Assembly (NCBI GenBank): GCA_963737635.1
Contig: CAVTTL010000001.1
Location: 2,016,001 to 2,080,000 of the forward strand
Origin: an uncultured Methanoregulaceae archaeon
GTDB lineage: Archaea > Halobacteriota > Methanomicrobia > Methanomicrobiales > Methanospirillaceae
Length of the DNA: 64,000 nt
Direction of reading: 5' to 3'
In this document: positions 10,408 to 19,596 of the stretch, piece by piece
How positions within the stretch are numbered: the stretch's first letter is position 1
Layout: the number at the start of each line of letters is the position of its first letter
Translations under genes and position numbers: made by a program
Notes under the pieces: generated by a model
What the model saw: only the letters and a program-made list of their open reading frames with translations
What the model was told of the DNA's origin: nothing
Databases searched by the model: none

Positions 10408-10968
10408 ATGACCATTGAATCTGATGCAGTAAAAGACGTTGCCGGCCTCATGGCGCTTGCCGCCCGGACGGCACCGAAAGCCTGCGGCCTTGACTCGATC
10501 AAGATCGAGATCGTAACCGGGAAAGAACAGAAAGAGCTCGGTGATCTTATGATCGCCGAGGCAAAAACGACCGGCATGGATTTCCTCAGGATCAACGGGG
10601 AACAGGTAAAGGCAAGTGACGCCTCGGTCCTTATCGGGGTCGAAGGTCGAAAGACACTCGGCATCAACTGCGGCGGGTGTGGGTATGCGACCTGCGCAGA
10701 GATGGCAGCAGCGCAGAAAACCAAGAAGAACAAGGGCTCTGCCTATGCGGGCCCGAATTGCGTGCTCAAGATCTCGGATCTGGGTATCGCTGTCGGCTCA
10801 GCCGTCAAGACCGCTGCTATCCACAATGTCGACAACCGGATCATGTTCACCGAAGGTTATGTCGCCCTCAAAGCCGGGTACCTGAAAGGATGCAGCGTTG
10901 CCTACGGGATTCCTCTCCGGGCATCGGGCAAGAGCATCTACTTTGATATCCAGTTCCCCAAGCACTGA
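10408..10968 (+). CDS. Ferredoxin-domain protein (DUF2148 family)
   Basis: AARTAPKA, NCGGCGYATC, GPNC, DLGIAVGSA, VDNRIM. Confidence 0.85.
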   Translation: MTIESDAVKDVAGLMALAARTAPKACGLDSIKIEIVTGKEQKELGDLMIAEAKTTGMDFLRINGEQVKASDASVLIGVEGRKTLGINCGGCGYATCAEMAAAQKTKKNKGSAYAGPNCVLKISDLGIAVGSAVKTAAIHNVDNRIMFTEGYVALKAGYLKGCSVAYGIPLRASGKSIYFDIQFPKH

Positions 10969-11011
10969 TACCATCCTCTTTTATTTTCTTCACGACATGT
11001 ATGCTGATTTT

Positions 11012-11797
11012 TTAGGTAACCATTTCTTTCCATTTCGGGTTCTCCCACATAATATTGAAGGCATTATTGATCGCCTTAGTTACCATATCATTTGCAATCC
11101 AAAGTGCGATCAGGTTTTCGCGGTGTGCTGCTTCCGCTTCAGGAAGAGGGAGCATCATGAGCATTTCCCTGCTATCGATGGTCAGGGTCCGGATGAACGG
11201 TTCCGGAGCGATCTGGATATCGCTTGTCACCTTCGAAAAGGATGCGTACACATCCACGATCTCCTCTTTTATCCGCGCCGGGTTGTTCGACGATATCCGG
11301 ATGATGACCCCCCGCCGCCTGGCGGCACCGATCAGCTGTTTCATCCTTTCAAGCTCCTCCGGGTAATAAAGCGTGCCGAACAAGTAGAGGCTTGTCCGGG
11401 CCCTCTTCATCATATCTGCCGTCTTGACACCGATGTTGTCGATGCCGCGGATGATATGGGCCTCGGGTGGGTCCGCCTCCATGCGTTTCTCATAATGCAT
11501 GGTAAACTCGTCTGCCATCCTGTCGATCTCGGCATCGAATGCGGATTTCCGGTCACCGATTGCCTGGCTGGGACAGACCGGCGATATTTTTGCCGGCCTC
11601 CCTTTCTCGACCCTGATCCAGTCCTGCTTTTCGAGCCTTTTCAGGGTCTCGTAGATCTTTGTCCGGGGAATGCCCGCCTCTTCTGCAAGGGTAAAGGGGG
11701 TGGTGGTACCGATCCGCACCAGCGCTTCGTACGCCTTTGCATCGTAAGTCGTCAGCCCGAGCGTCTGCAGGAGGGCAATAGACTTGGAATCGTTCAT
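11012..11797 (-). CDS. TrmB family transcriptional regulator
   Basis: LGLTTYDAKAY...IPRTKIYETLKRLE wHTH followed by a PLD-like effector domain. Confidence 0.9.
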   Translation of the reverse strand: MNDSKSIALLQTLGLTTYDAKAYEALVRIGTTTPFTLAEEAGIPRTKIYETLKRLEKQDWIRVEKGRPAKISPVCPSQAIGDRKSAFDAEIDRMADEFTMHYEKRMEADPPEAHIIRGIDNIGVKTADMMKRARTSLYLFGTLYYPEELERMKQLIGAARRRGVIIRISSNNPARIKEEIVDVYASFSKVTSDIQIAPEPFIRTLTIDSREMLMMLPLPEAEAAHRENLIALWIANDMVTKAINNAFNIMWENPKWKEMVT

Positions 11798-11889
11798 AAT
11801 AGGTTCTATGACATTTCCCCGTATATAAGTTACAAAAACATTATCCCTCCTGCACGCAATTCACGCGTGTTAACAAAGGAGACCTGCAT

Positions 11890-12327
11890 ATGTCAACTGT
11901 TGAAGAGAACATGCGTCTCATGCAGACGCTGGACGACGCCTGGAATGCACAGGACTGGGCCACCTTCGAAAAACGCCACGCAGCACAGGTCGATGTCTTC
12001 TGGCCGGGGCAGGAAAAACCGACCCATGGCCGGCCGCCCCACAAGGAAGAAGCGATCGCCTTTTTCAAAGCCTTCCCGGACAACAAGGTCGGGAATCGTC
12101 CCTACAAGACCCTGTTCGGGCAGGGAGACTGGACCTGTTCGGTTGCCGACTTTACCGGTACTTTCAAAGGCCCGATGACCGGACCGGATGGAAATGTGAT
12201 CCAGCCGACCGGAAAGAAGTTCAAAGTCGAGTTCTGCACGGTCGCCCACTGGAAGAACGGGGAGATTACCGAAGAGAAACTCTTCTATGACAAGATCCTG
12301 CTGATGCAGCAGATAGGCCTGATGTAA
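11890..12327 (+). CDS. SnoaL-like ester cyclase family protein
   Basis: NTF2-like pattern AFPD...GTFKGP...PTGKKF...GEITEE; AAGGAG RBS. Confidence 0.85.
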   Translation: MSTVEENMRLMQTLDDAWNAQDWATFEKRHAAQVDVFWPGQEKPTHGRPPHKEEAIAFFKAFPDNKVGNRPYKTLFGQGDWTCSVADFTGTFKGPMTGPDGNVIQPTGKKFKVEFCTVAHWKNGEITEEKLFYDKILLMQQIGLM

Positions 12328-12431
12328 AAACAGCAGTCGCGTCAGCCCGGACCCGGGCGAAAGATGAGATACCTATCCGGGGGTATATCTTCGTATGATA
12401 GTTAACCGGTAATCAAGGACATACGCTAACT

Positions 12432-13133
12432 ATGAAAGAACAGACCAGGAAAATACCGGAATCAGCCAGTGATTCCATGAAGATCACAGTGAGCACAAAC
12501 GGCCCGTATATTGTCACGGGCGGCGTCCCGCTCATCCGGATGGAGATCTGCAACGATGACGAGGGTTACTGCCGTACTTGGCGGGAAGTAAAGAGGTATC
12601 CAGTGCAGGAGACCTATGCCCTCTGCCGGTGCGGCCACTCGCAACACAAGCCGTTCTGTGACGGGTCGCACGCAAGGATCGCCTTTAATGGCACCGAAAC
12701 TGCCGGGAATGAACCGTACCTCAAGTACCCGGAGATCATCTCCGGCCCGGAACTGGATCTGCATGATTATGAGGGCCTCTGCGTTCATGCCCGGTTCTGC
12801 ATGAGGGCCGGCGGGATCTGGAACCTTACCAAAGTCTCGGATATCCCAGAGGCGAGGGCTACCGCTATAGAAGAGGCATGCAACTGCCCGTCAGGACGAC
12901 TGGTGATCAGGGACCGGAAGACCGGCACGATCATCGAGCCGGAACTGGAAAAGTCGATTGCCGTTATTGAGTACCCTCCCAAGGGAGAGCATGGCCCGCT
13001 CTGGGTCCGGGGCGGTATACCCGTTGTGTCTGCTGATGGTAAACAGTACATTGTCAGGAACCGGCTCACGCTCTGCCGGTGCGGGAAGTCGGAGAACAAG
13101 CCGTTCTGCGACGGGAGCCATATCGAGCAGTGA
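12432..13133 (+). CDS. Double CDGSH iron-sulfur domain protein with central ferredoxin-like domain
   Basis: LCRCGHSQHKPFCDGSH and LCRCGKSENKPFCDGSH; central CVHARFC...CPSGRL. Confidence 0.92.
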   Translation: MKEQTRKIPESASDSMKITVSTNGPYIVTGGVPLIRMEICNDDEGYCRTWREVKRYPVQETYALCRCGHSQHKPFCDGSHARIAFNGTETAGNEPYLKYPEIISGPELDLHDYEGLCVHARFCMRAGGIWNLTKVSDIPEARATAIEEACNCPSGRLVIRDRKTGTIIEPELEKSIAVIEYPPKGEHGPLWVRGGIPVVSADGKQYIVRNRLTLCRCGKSENKPFCDGSHIEQ

Positions 13134-13176
13134 GAGCGGGCGGACAGAGAACGAGATTAGAGAGGGAATGAAACGT

Positions 13177-13590
13177 ATGAGTTTTGTCGAAGTTGCAAAG
13201 ACAAGCGAGATTCCTGCCGGGACCATGAAACACATTGAAGCCGACGGGAAAGAGATATGTATCGCGAATGTCAGCGGGAAATTCTATGCTATCGGTGACC
13301 GTTGTGGTCACGAGAATGCCAGACTCTCCCGGGGCACCCTCATGGACACTATTGTGACCTGCCCCATGCATTCTTCACAGTTTGACGTAACCACCGGGAA
13401 ACTGATGTCCGGGCCGGTCTTGGAACTTAGTGGGCTCAAGGAAATGTTTACCGGCTGCCCTGAAAAAGTGAAAAAAACGGTGGCGCAAATGTTTGAAGGT
13501 ATTGCCGAAGAGCAGCGCCTGATCAAGACGTACGATCAACCAGTTTATGAAGTGAAGGTCGATGGCAACGACGTGCTTGTCCAACTTTAA
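13177..13590 (+). CDS. Rieske [2Fe-2S] ferredoxin (copy 1)
   Basis: CGH...CPMH Rieske boxes; start set by alignment to copy 2 (MSFVEVAKTSEI). Confidence 0.88.
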   Translation: MSFVEVAKTSEIPAGTMKHIEADGKEICIANVSGKFYAIGDRCGHENARLSRGTLMDTIVTCPMHSSQFDVTTGKLMSGPVLELSGLKEMFTGCPEKVKKTVAQMFEGIAEEQRLIKTYDQPVYEVKVDGNDVLVQL

Positions 13591-13678
13591 ATTTTTGGAT
13601 GTGAAAAAACATGAAAGAAATTATTGGCAAATTAAATGATGTAGCGGAAATCATGAAAAAATCAGCTGGGGTTCAGGT

Positions 13679-14323
13679 ATGACAGGAGAGGAGTGCGTTG
13701 GTTTTCCGGTTCTGGGAGAACCTGCCCCGGATTTTGAAGCAGAAACGACTCAGGGTCCGATCAAACTATCAGACCAGAAGGGGAAATGGGTGGTGCTATT
13801 TTCTCATCCCGCCGATTTCACCCCGGTCTGTACAACCGAATTCATGGCGTTCGCCGCGATTCATGATGAACTTGCAGCGCTCAACGTGAAATTGATCGGG
13901 CTATCTGTCGACAGCGTATCGGCACACCTAGCATGGGTACACAATATCAAGGAAAAGATGGGTGTTGTCATCCCGTTCCCGGTCATTGCTGACCTGAACA
14001 TGAAAGTGGCAAAGAAATACGGTATGATCCACCCGGGCCAGAGCTCGACTACAGCAGTCAGGTGCGTGTTCTTCATCGATGACAAGGGGATCATGCGGGC
14101 GATGATCTACTATCCCCTGCAGAACGGGCGGTTCATGCCAGAAATCGTCAGGCTCGTAAAAGCGCTCCAAACGACCGACAAATACAAGGTGTCGACGCCC
14201 GCCAACTGGCAGCAGGGCGACAAGGTTGTCGTGGCCCCCCCAAAGACCTCGGCCGAGATGGACAAGCGCTTAAGCGAGGGATACGAGTGCAAAGACTGGT
14301 ATCTCTGTTTCAAAAGCATATGA
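13679..14323 (+). CDS. Peroxiredoxin (Prx6/archaeal type)
   Basis: HPADFTPVCTTE; C-terminal ECKDWYLC. Confidence 0.95.
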   Translation: MTGEECVGFPVLGEPAPDFEAETTQGPIKLSDQKGKWVVLFSHPADFTPVCTTEFMAFAAIHDELAALNVKLIGLSVDSVSAHLAWVHNIKEKMGVVIPFPVIADLNMKVAKKYGMIHPGQSSTTAVRCVFFIDDKGIMRAMIYYPLQNGRFMPEIVRLVKALQTTDKYKVSTPANWQQGDKVVVAPPKTSAEMDKRLSEGYECKDWYLCFKSI

Positions 14324-14483
14324 GCGGGACCGGGATCCCTGCTCCATTTTTTCGCTTGTTAGGTTCTGGTGAGTTAGCAAGCTCAAAGAAAATGATCCTG
14401 GCGGCAGTTGAGAATGCCTTGTAGAATAATAGTTTATCATCGTTATGTGTCAAAGGAAAATTATACCCAAAAGGTGAACTGTC

Positions 14484-14876
14484 ATGAGTTTTGTCGAAGT
14501 TGCAAAGACAAGTGAGATAACGCCCGGAACCATGAAACATGTGGAGGTCGACGGGAGAGAACTGTGTATCGCGAATGTTAACGGTAAGTTCTATGCAATA
14601 GGCGATCGGTGCCCCCATATGAGCGCCCCCCTCTCCATGGGGACGCTTAATGGGACGATCATCACCTGCCCACTCCATTTCTCACGGTTCGATGTCACTA
14701 CCGGGAAGAAGATCTCCGGGCCCGTTGAGGCAAAGATTGAGGGAGCGGAGAAACTTCCTCCAGAGTTCCAGAAGATGATGGTTCATATGGCGGAGATCAT
14801 GGCCCCGGTGAAGACAGGCGATGCACAGATATTCCCGATCAGGATTGATGGCCCAAGGATCTTCGTCAACGTCTAA
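14484..14876 (+). CDS. Rieske [2Fe-2S] ferredoxin (copy 2)
   Basis: CPH...CPLH Rieske boxes; GGTGA RBS. Confidence 0.9.
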   Translation: MSFVEVAKTSEITPGTMKHVEVDGRELCIANVNGKFYAIGDRCPHMSAPLSMGTLNGTIITCPLHFSRFDVTTGKKISGPVEAKIEGAEKLPPEFQKMMVHMAEIMAPVKTGDAQIFPIRIDGPRIFVNV

Positions 14877-14977
14877 TAAACCGGATTTCTTTGTTTCTCG
14901 TGCAGCATCACAGGTGCCCAGCTCGCGCTTCCTCAAAAAATCTCCCTGATTTCACGGTCTCCAGCCGGAGATACTGC

Positions 14978-15917
14978 CTACCTAGCCCGGGACAGTGGGT
15001 ACTCTTTGGAGAGGTTGTCGATATCGTTGAGGATATAAGCAAACGCAAGCCAGCTCCATTTTCCCCACCGGGCCGCAAGCTCATTCTGGACTCTCTCGAT
15101 CTCCTGCCGGGAGTTTGCCGGTGTCTTGTGATCGTAGAGCTCGCTCATGATCACCACGCTCCACGCATCGATGGGCGGGGTAGACTGGCCAAAGATGATC
15201 GCCGCCGAGTATTTCCCGATACCGGGGATCGCGGTGAGTACCTTCATGGCCTCCTCTTCCGGGGTTTTCGCAGGCTCCCGGAGAGAAATTGGGTGGGTGG
15301 TGAGATACTGAGCCGCCTTGACAAGGCGCTCGGCCCGGTACCCGAGCTTCGCTTTACTGCGGAGGAGCAGCGGATCGAGGGATGCGATGTCTTCTGCCCG
15401 GGGCCAGAGGGTAACCGTGTGATTGTTAAAAGAGATCTCCGCACCTGCGAGCGCGAGGACGGCGTCCATCATCTGTTCGCTCCTTTCGATCGGAGCCATC
15501 TGGAGGAGAATGGCAAGAACAACGCCCCCGAAGATGTCTTCTAGGTTCCCTATCCGCATGCCGGGGTGGTCGGCGACCGCTTTTCTCAATACCGGGTCGT
15601 CCTGTGCAAATGCGTAGAACGCGGCAAGGTCTTCGTCCGCGCCGAGGCCGGTCCGGATGATATCCTTGAGATCGCGCTCTGCTTCATTTTCAAGGGGCGA
15701 TGCGGTGAAAGCCCGGACCCTGACCCGGTTCTTATGGGCAGCCATCACTAACCCGGCCGGGATGGCGCCTACCCGTACACCGGCCCAGAGCGTCCCGTCG
15801 TCGAAAATTTCCTTCCGGGTGGACCACGACCATCCCGCAGGCTTGGCAACAGTGAGCGAGAAATCGAATGGTTCCGGGATTGTAATGGTAAACGTGTGTT
15901 CGTGCCGGGAGCTGCAT
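14978..15917 (-). CDS. DNA-3-methyladenine glycosylase (AlkA/HhH-GPD), one +1 frameshift near 15906
   Basis: LGYRAERL and LTAIPGIGKYSA...PIDAW HhH-GPD motifs; the frame extends upstream (FTITIPEPFDFSLT) and joins ATG 15917 if one C is removed. Confidence 0.8.
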
Positions 15918-16054
15918 CACGCGTAGTTATAGCGCGACTGGTAATAAAACCGGAGATGTTGCCTAGCGCGTGTGGTTTCCGGTGCCATCGTTTTTGATTT
16001 TGTAAAAAAAAAAGATCCACGCAAAAAGAATAATTCAGAGTATAATCATGGTCG

Positions 16055-17119
16055 CTATCTTGTTTTTATAATATCCGGCTCGTATAACCGTCTCCGTTCC
16101 GGCTCCATTGCATCAAGCCTTCTTGTGGCTTCTTCTGGAGAGACAGCACTATATGACCCGTCATCATTCTGTACGACAACCCTTCCCTGAGTCACCATCT
16201 TAAATCGTTCTTTTCTCACGTTAGGATCGGGATGACACACTAACTGACAATGGGAACAAGAATAATCCAGCGAATAGCCCGGTCTGAATGATATGTAAAA
16301 AACATGATCATTCAGCGTGCGTTTAAGGTAAGCGGGCATCGCCCGATCCATTTCCCGGAGTAAATCCTGGTCATCTTCAGGAATCGGATACCGGGATGCA
16401 GACCAGTTTGACCATTGTCCTGATCTGTCAAGACCTGCTATCCCGCCACAGACGTATGCACATCGGGTATACATCCCTCGTTTTGCGTAGGAAAATTCCC
16501 GGTTTCCAAGCTGAACGGTCGTCGTTTCGTTAGGAGAGATGAACCCTGACGGGCAAACTGCCCGGCATAACCGACACCCATTGCAATAATTCTCACGTTC
16601 CGAGAGTGGTTCCGTGGGCGAGAGCTCGGCTTCAGTGACGACAGATCCGAAAATAACTGCAGAGCCATACTCCTTCGTAATAATGTGCCCTGAATAGCCA
16701 AACCACCCGATTCCGGATCTGGCTGCAAGATACCGGTGTGAAATCAGGGGTTTCCGGTCTGAATATCTGGTATCCTCCGAATGGCGGTATTGGAAATTTG
16801 AGCAGATGGGGACCGATTTAAACCCGAGCTGATTGAGGAAATTCGACATCTCAAGCGCGATTCCGTTCGCAAGAGTAGTTGCCCGAATTTTATTGAGATT
16901 ATGCTCTTCATGATTCTCTTTTTTCAGATATCGCTCTATCTTGGTCTGATCCAACGCTAAAGCAAAGCAAATTGCGGATTTGGCTGTCGGAAGGACATAG
17001 GTAAGATCAGCGGATGGAGGTCCACCGGCCAATGTTTCAACGGTAGCGATACCGGCGAGATCAGCGCCAAGACTTTTGGCCATCTCCAGCAATAATTCGC
17101 TCATATTGGTTGATGCCAT
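16055..17119 (-). CDS. Epoxyqueuosine reductase (QueG)-like 4Fe-4S protein
   Basis: GADLAGIA, ISHRYLAARSGIGWFGYSG, CNGCRLCRAVCP, later C..C and CSHCQLVC. Confidence 0.8.
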   Translation of the reverse strand: MASTNMSELLLEMAKSLGADLAGIATVETLAGGPPSADLTYVLPTAKSAICFALALDQTKIERYLKKENHEEHNLNKIRATTLANGIALEMSNFLNQLGFKSVPICSNFQYRHSEDTRYSDRKPLISHRYLAARSGIGWFGYSGHIITKEYGSAVIFGSVVTEAELSPTEPLSERENYCNGCRLCRAVCPSGFISPNETTTVQLGNREFSYAKRGMYTRCAYVCGGIAGLDRSGQWSNWSASRYPIPEDDQDLLREMDRAMPAYLKRTLNDHVFYISFRPGYSLDYSCSHCQLVCHPDPNVRKERFKMVTQGRVVVQNDDGSYSAVSPEEATRRLDAMEPERRRLYEPDIIKTR

Positions 17120-17255
17120 ACATTCTCCATTTTTGTAATAGTGTATATAGGAAAAATTCCCTCAATTACTCTTGCGTCCCTATGAAGACCTTCGATTACG
17201 TGAATCTTATCTACTATGCACCGCATGGTCGCAGGGTTATGACAGTTGAGAAAAA

Positions 17256-17660
17256 TTAGAGGATTTTACTGCCGGCATTCGGGCCCGGCTGGCACTCGAA
17301 GACATCGATGATCTTAACGATTATAAGAGAACGTGCAGGAAGGGCCGGGTTCTTCTTGTTGATCTTTGCCTTCATCTCATCGAAATCCTTACCGCTGGTC
17401 TTGACCGTCGCATGACCCTTGATCTGGAAGCAGCCCTTGATCTCCGGGCCCCAGATATAGAGGGCAATCTTCGGGTTTGCCTTAAGATTTTCAAGCGACT
17501 TGTTCATGAAATTGTCCGTGATCCAGATCGTATCATCGCTGACGAGTTCGACAACGCCGATAGGAACCACATTTGGCATACCATCTTTTGATGCGGTAGC
17601 AACCGGGAAGATCTTCATCTTGCCAAACGCTTCTTTCATCTCTGCAGTTAGTTTCGCCAT
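17256..17660 (-). CDS. Pyridoxamine 5'-phosphate oxidase family FMN-binding protein
   Basis: ATASKDGMPNVVP, KSLENLKANP, FQIKG. Confidence 0.88.
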   Translation of the reverse strand: MAKLTAEMKEAFGKMKIFPVATASKDGMPNVVPIGVVELVSDDTIWITDNFMNKSLENLKANPKIALYIWGPEIKGCFQIKGHATVKTSGKDFDEMKAKINKKNPALPARSLIIVKIIDVFECQPGPNAGSKIL

Positions 17661-17693
17661 GATATATCACCAGCAATAAACCCTGTCCGGGGA

Positions 17694-17939
17694 TTACAGC
17701 CCTGCCCGCTCGACGATAACATCAGCGACAGCCTTTGCACTCTTGAACGGAAAGTCCGATGCCTTGAGGAGTTTTCCTGCCTCACCGGCGGTCATCTTCA
17801 GGTCTCCCACTTGACAGGTTGTGTCCGCACCGTTCGGGAATGCAGCGATGAGGTCTTTTGGCGTTGCTATCGGAAACTTTGCTCCTTTGAGGGCTCCGCT
17901 GATCTGTGCGTGGATTTGTTCCTTAACTGATTTGGTCAT
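17694..17939 (-). CDS. MTH865 family protein
   Basis: GAKFPIATP...AFPNGADTTC...DFPFKSA; GGTGA RBS before ATG 17939. Confidence 0.85.
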   Translation of the reverse strand: MTKSVKEQIHAQISGALKGAKFPIATPKDLIAAFPNGADTTCQVGDLKMTAGEAGKLLKASDFPFKSAKAVADVIVERAGL

Positions 17940-18072
17940 AGTATTTTCACCGGTTGACCATTGCATGATTATGAATATATAGATGAGGGTCATAAAAATA
18001 CACAAACGATTTTAGAGATAGAAAAATGACCCGCATAGTCATAATAGTTCAAATTAAACACCGGAAGAGAAT

Positions 18073-18822
18073 ATGGGAGCAGCACTGGGAACAATGACCG
18101 AGATCCGCGAGCTGAAAACAGAGATCTCCGGGCTGCGGACCGATCTGAAAAGGTTCATTGAACGGGCGAACCAACAGCATGTTGATACTGTCCTTACCGA
18201 TCTGAAGAAAAATTATTCAGACCTTTTCACGAACCACCAGGTCGAGAATGCGAAAGAGGATCTCTCCGCACATATGGTCGGGGACTGCAAGATGCGGGAC
18301 AAATGTTACGGGGTATTCATGGATTTCTTGCAGAATACCGCACAGCATATTAAAGACGGGCAGGTCTCGGATGAAATTATCCAATCTTACCGTGAGCAGA
18401 TGATGATGATGCGGAGCAAGGGTCCATATGATCGTTGCGATACCTGTTTTATCCAGGTCCACCGTCTTTTTGAAAAGCAGATCGACCTGATGCAGTCACT
18501 GGGGATCTATGCTAAAGCACGGGAAGACGGAAATACTGCCCTTGAAATCCTTGATGAGGTCGTGGTAAAGGACATATTGGAGCCTGTTGCGAATCTCCAA
18601 CGTTTTCAGATCCTCAAGTCACTTACCACTCAGACACGGACATTTTCTGATCTTTCGCAGCTGACCGGTCTGCGAGGGGGCAATCTGCTCTTTCACATCC
18701 GGAAGCTTACGGACTCAGGAATGATTCTCCAGCGTCACGAGCGGGGGGATTATATTATCACGGACAAGGGCTACAAGACGATGGCTGCGATTGGAGATCT
18801 CTACAGGGTGCTGTCGATCTGA
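18073..18822 (+). CDS. ArsR-like winged-helix regulator with Cys-rich N-terminal domain
   Basis: C-terminal RFQILKSL...TGLRGGNLLFHIRKL...YIITDKG; N-terminal Cys pairs. Confidence 0.85.
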   Translation: MGAALGTMTEIRELKTEISGLRTDLKRFIERANQQHVDTVLTDLKKNYSDLFTNHQVENAKEDLSAHMVGDCKMRDKCYGVFMDFLQNTAQHIKDGQVSDEIIQSYREQMMMMRSKGPYDRCDTCFIQVHRLFEKQIDLMQSLGIYAKAREDGNTALEILDEVVVKDILEPVANLQRFQILKSLTTQTRTFSDLSQLTGLRGGNLLFHIRKLTDSGMILQRHERGDYIITDKGYKTMAAIGDLYRVLSI

Positions 18823-18878
18823 AAAGCAATTTTCACTTTCAATAATTCAGAACAGAGAATTTGGCCATCGGTTCGGAG

Positions 18879-18953
18879 TGCTGCTATGGGGATTTGAACC
18901 CCAGTCGCGGGCGTGAAAGGCCCGCATGATTGGCCGGTCTACACTATAGCAGC
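18879..18953 (-). tRNA. tRNA-Glu (TTC)
   Basis: GCTGCTA acceptor stem, anticodon arm GCGGG-CCTTTCACG-CCCGC, T-loop GGTTCAAATCC; no encoded CCA. Confidence 0.95.
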
Positions 18954-19103
18954 GCGTTGCTCTAACTAGTTTTACGCGGCTTAATAAATAGGTTATGGAA
19001 AGGGACGGCTTTGCACAGAATATCGGTTGTAAATCTCAAATAGCACGGATAGAGCACGATGCAAATCCATATAAATAGAAAATTTTGATACAAGACAATT
19101 GAA

Positions 19104-19559
19104 ATGCTAAACGGTGCCACGGTTTTCCTGCTGTTGAACCTGGTCTTAGCCTTCTATAATGTTGGGACGATCTGGGCAATGGAGATAGATATATTCAGGA
19201 CATGGAAACTCGTTGGTAAGAAAGAATTTCTTACCATACAGACCACCCACTGGCACAAACTTCCCTATTGGATTTTTACACCGGTAGCTCTCGCTCTTAT
19301 CGGGGGATTATTACTCACTTTCTTTCATCCTCCCGGTTCACCCGCGTGGGCAATATTCGGCAATATCGGTGCCCAACTGTTGTCTCTTCTCCTTACCGTA
19401 GTATTCTGGGGCAGGTGGCAGGTGGCATTAAGCAGGGACGAAGCCGGCCCGGAGAGCGTCTATCTCGACAAAATATTAAAAACGCACTGGATCAGGACGT
19501 TGTTAATCACGCTCTACGCTGTTATTCTGCTTGCGTGGGTACTCATCGTAGTATCATAA
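19104..19559 (+). CDS. Four-TM membrane protein (DUF1772/anthrone-oxygenase-like)
   Basis: Four hydrophobic segments and an HWIRT motif near the C-terminus. Confidence 0.6.
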   Translation: MLNGATVFLLLNLVLAFYNVGTIWAMEIDIFRTWKLVGKKEFLTIQTTHWHKLPYWIFTPVALALIGGLLLTFFHPPGSPAWAIFGNIGAQLLSLLLTVVFWGRWQVALSRDEAGPESVYLDKILKTHWIRTLLITLYAVILLAWVLIVVS

Positions 19560-19596
19560 GAATCCGGGAAAAGAGCATTCTGCCGGTAAAAAAAGG

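Noticed and set aside
10898-12178. 426-aa + strand ORF, and similar long ORFs at 6381-7343, 29197-30075 and 32019-32750
   Set aside because: Antisense or alternate-frame shadows of well-supported genes; no protein motifs.
18879-18953. att-site duplication of the tRNA-Glu or tRNA-Ser 3' ends
   Set aside because: No second copy was seen by eye within the window.
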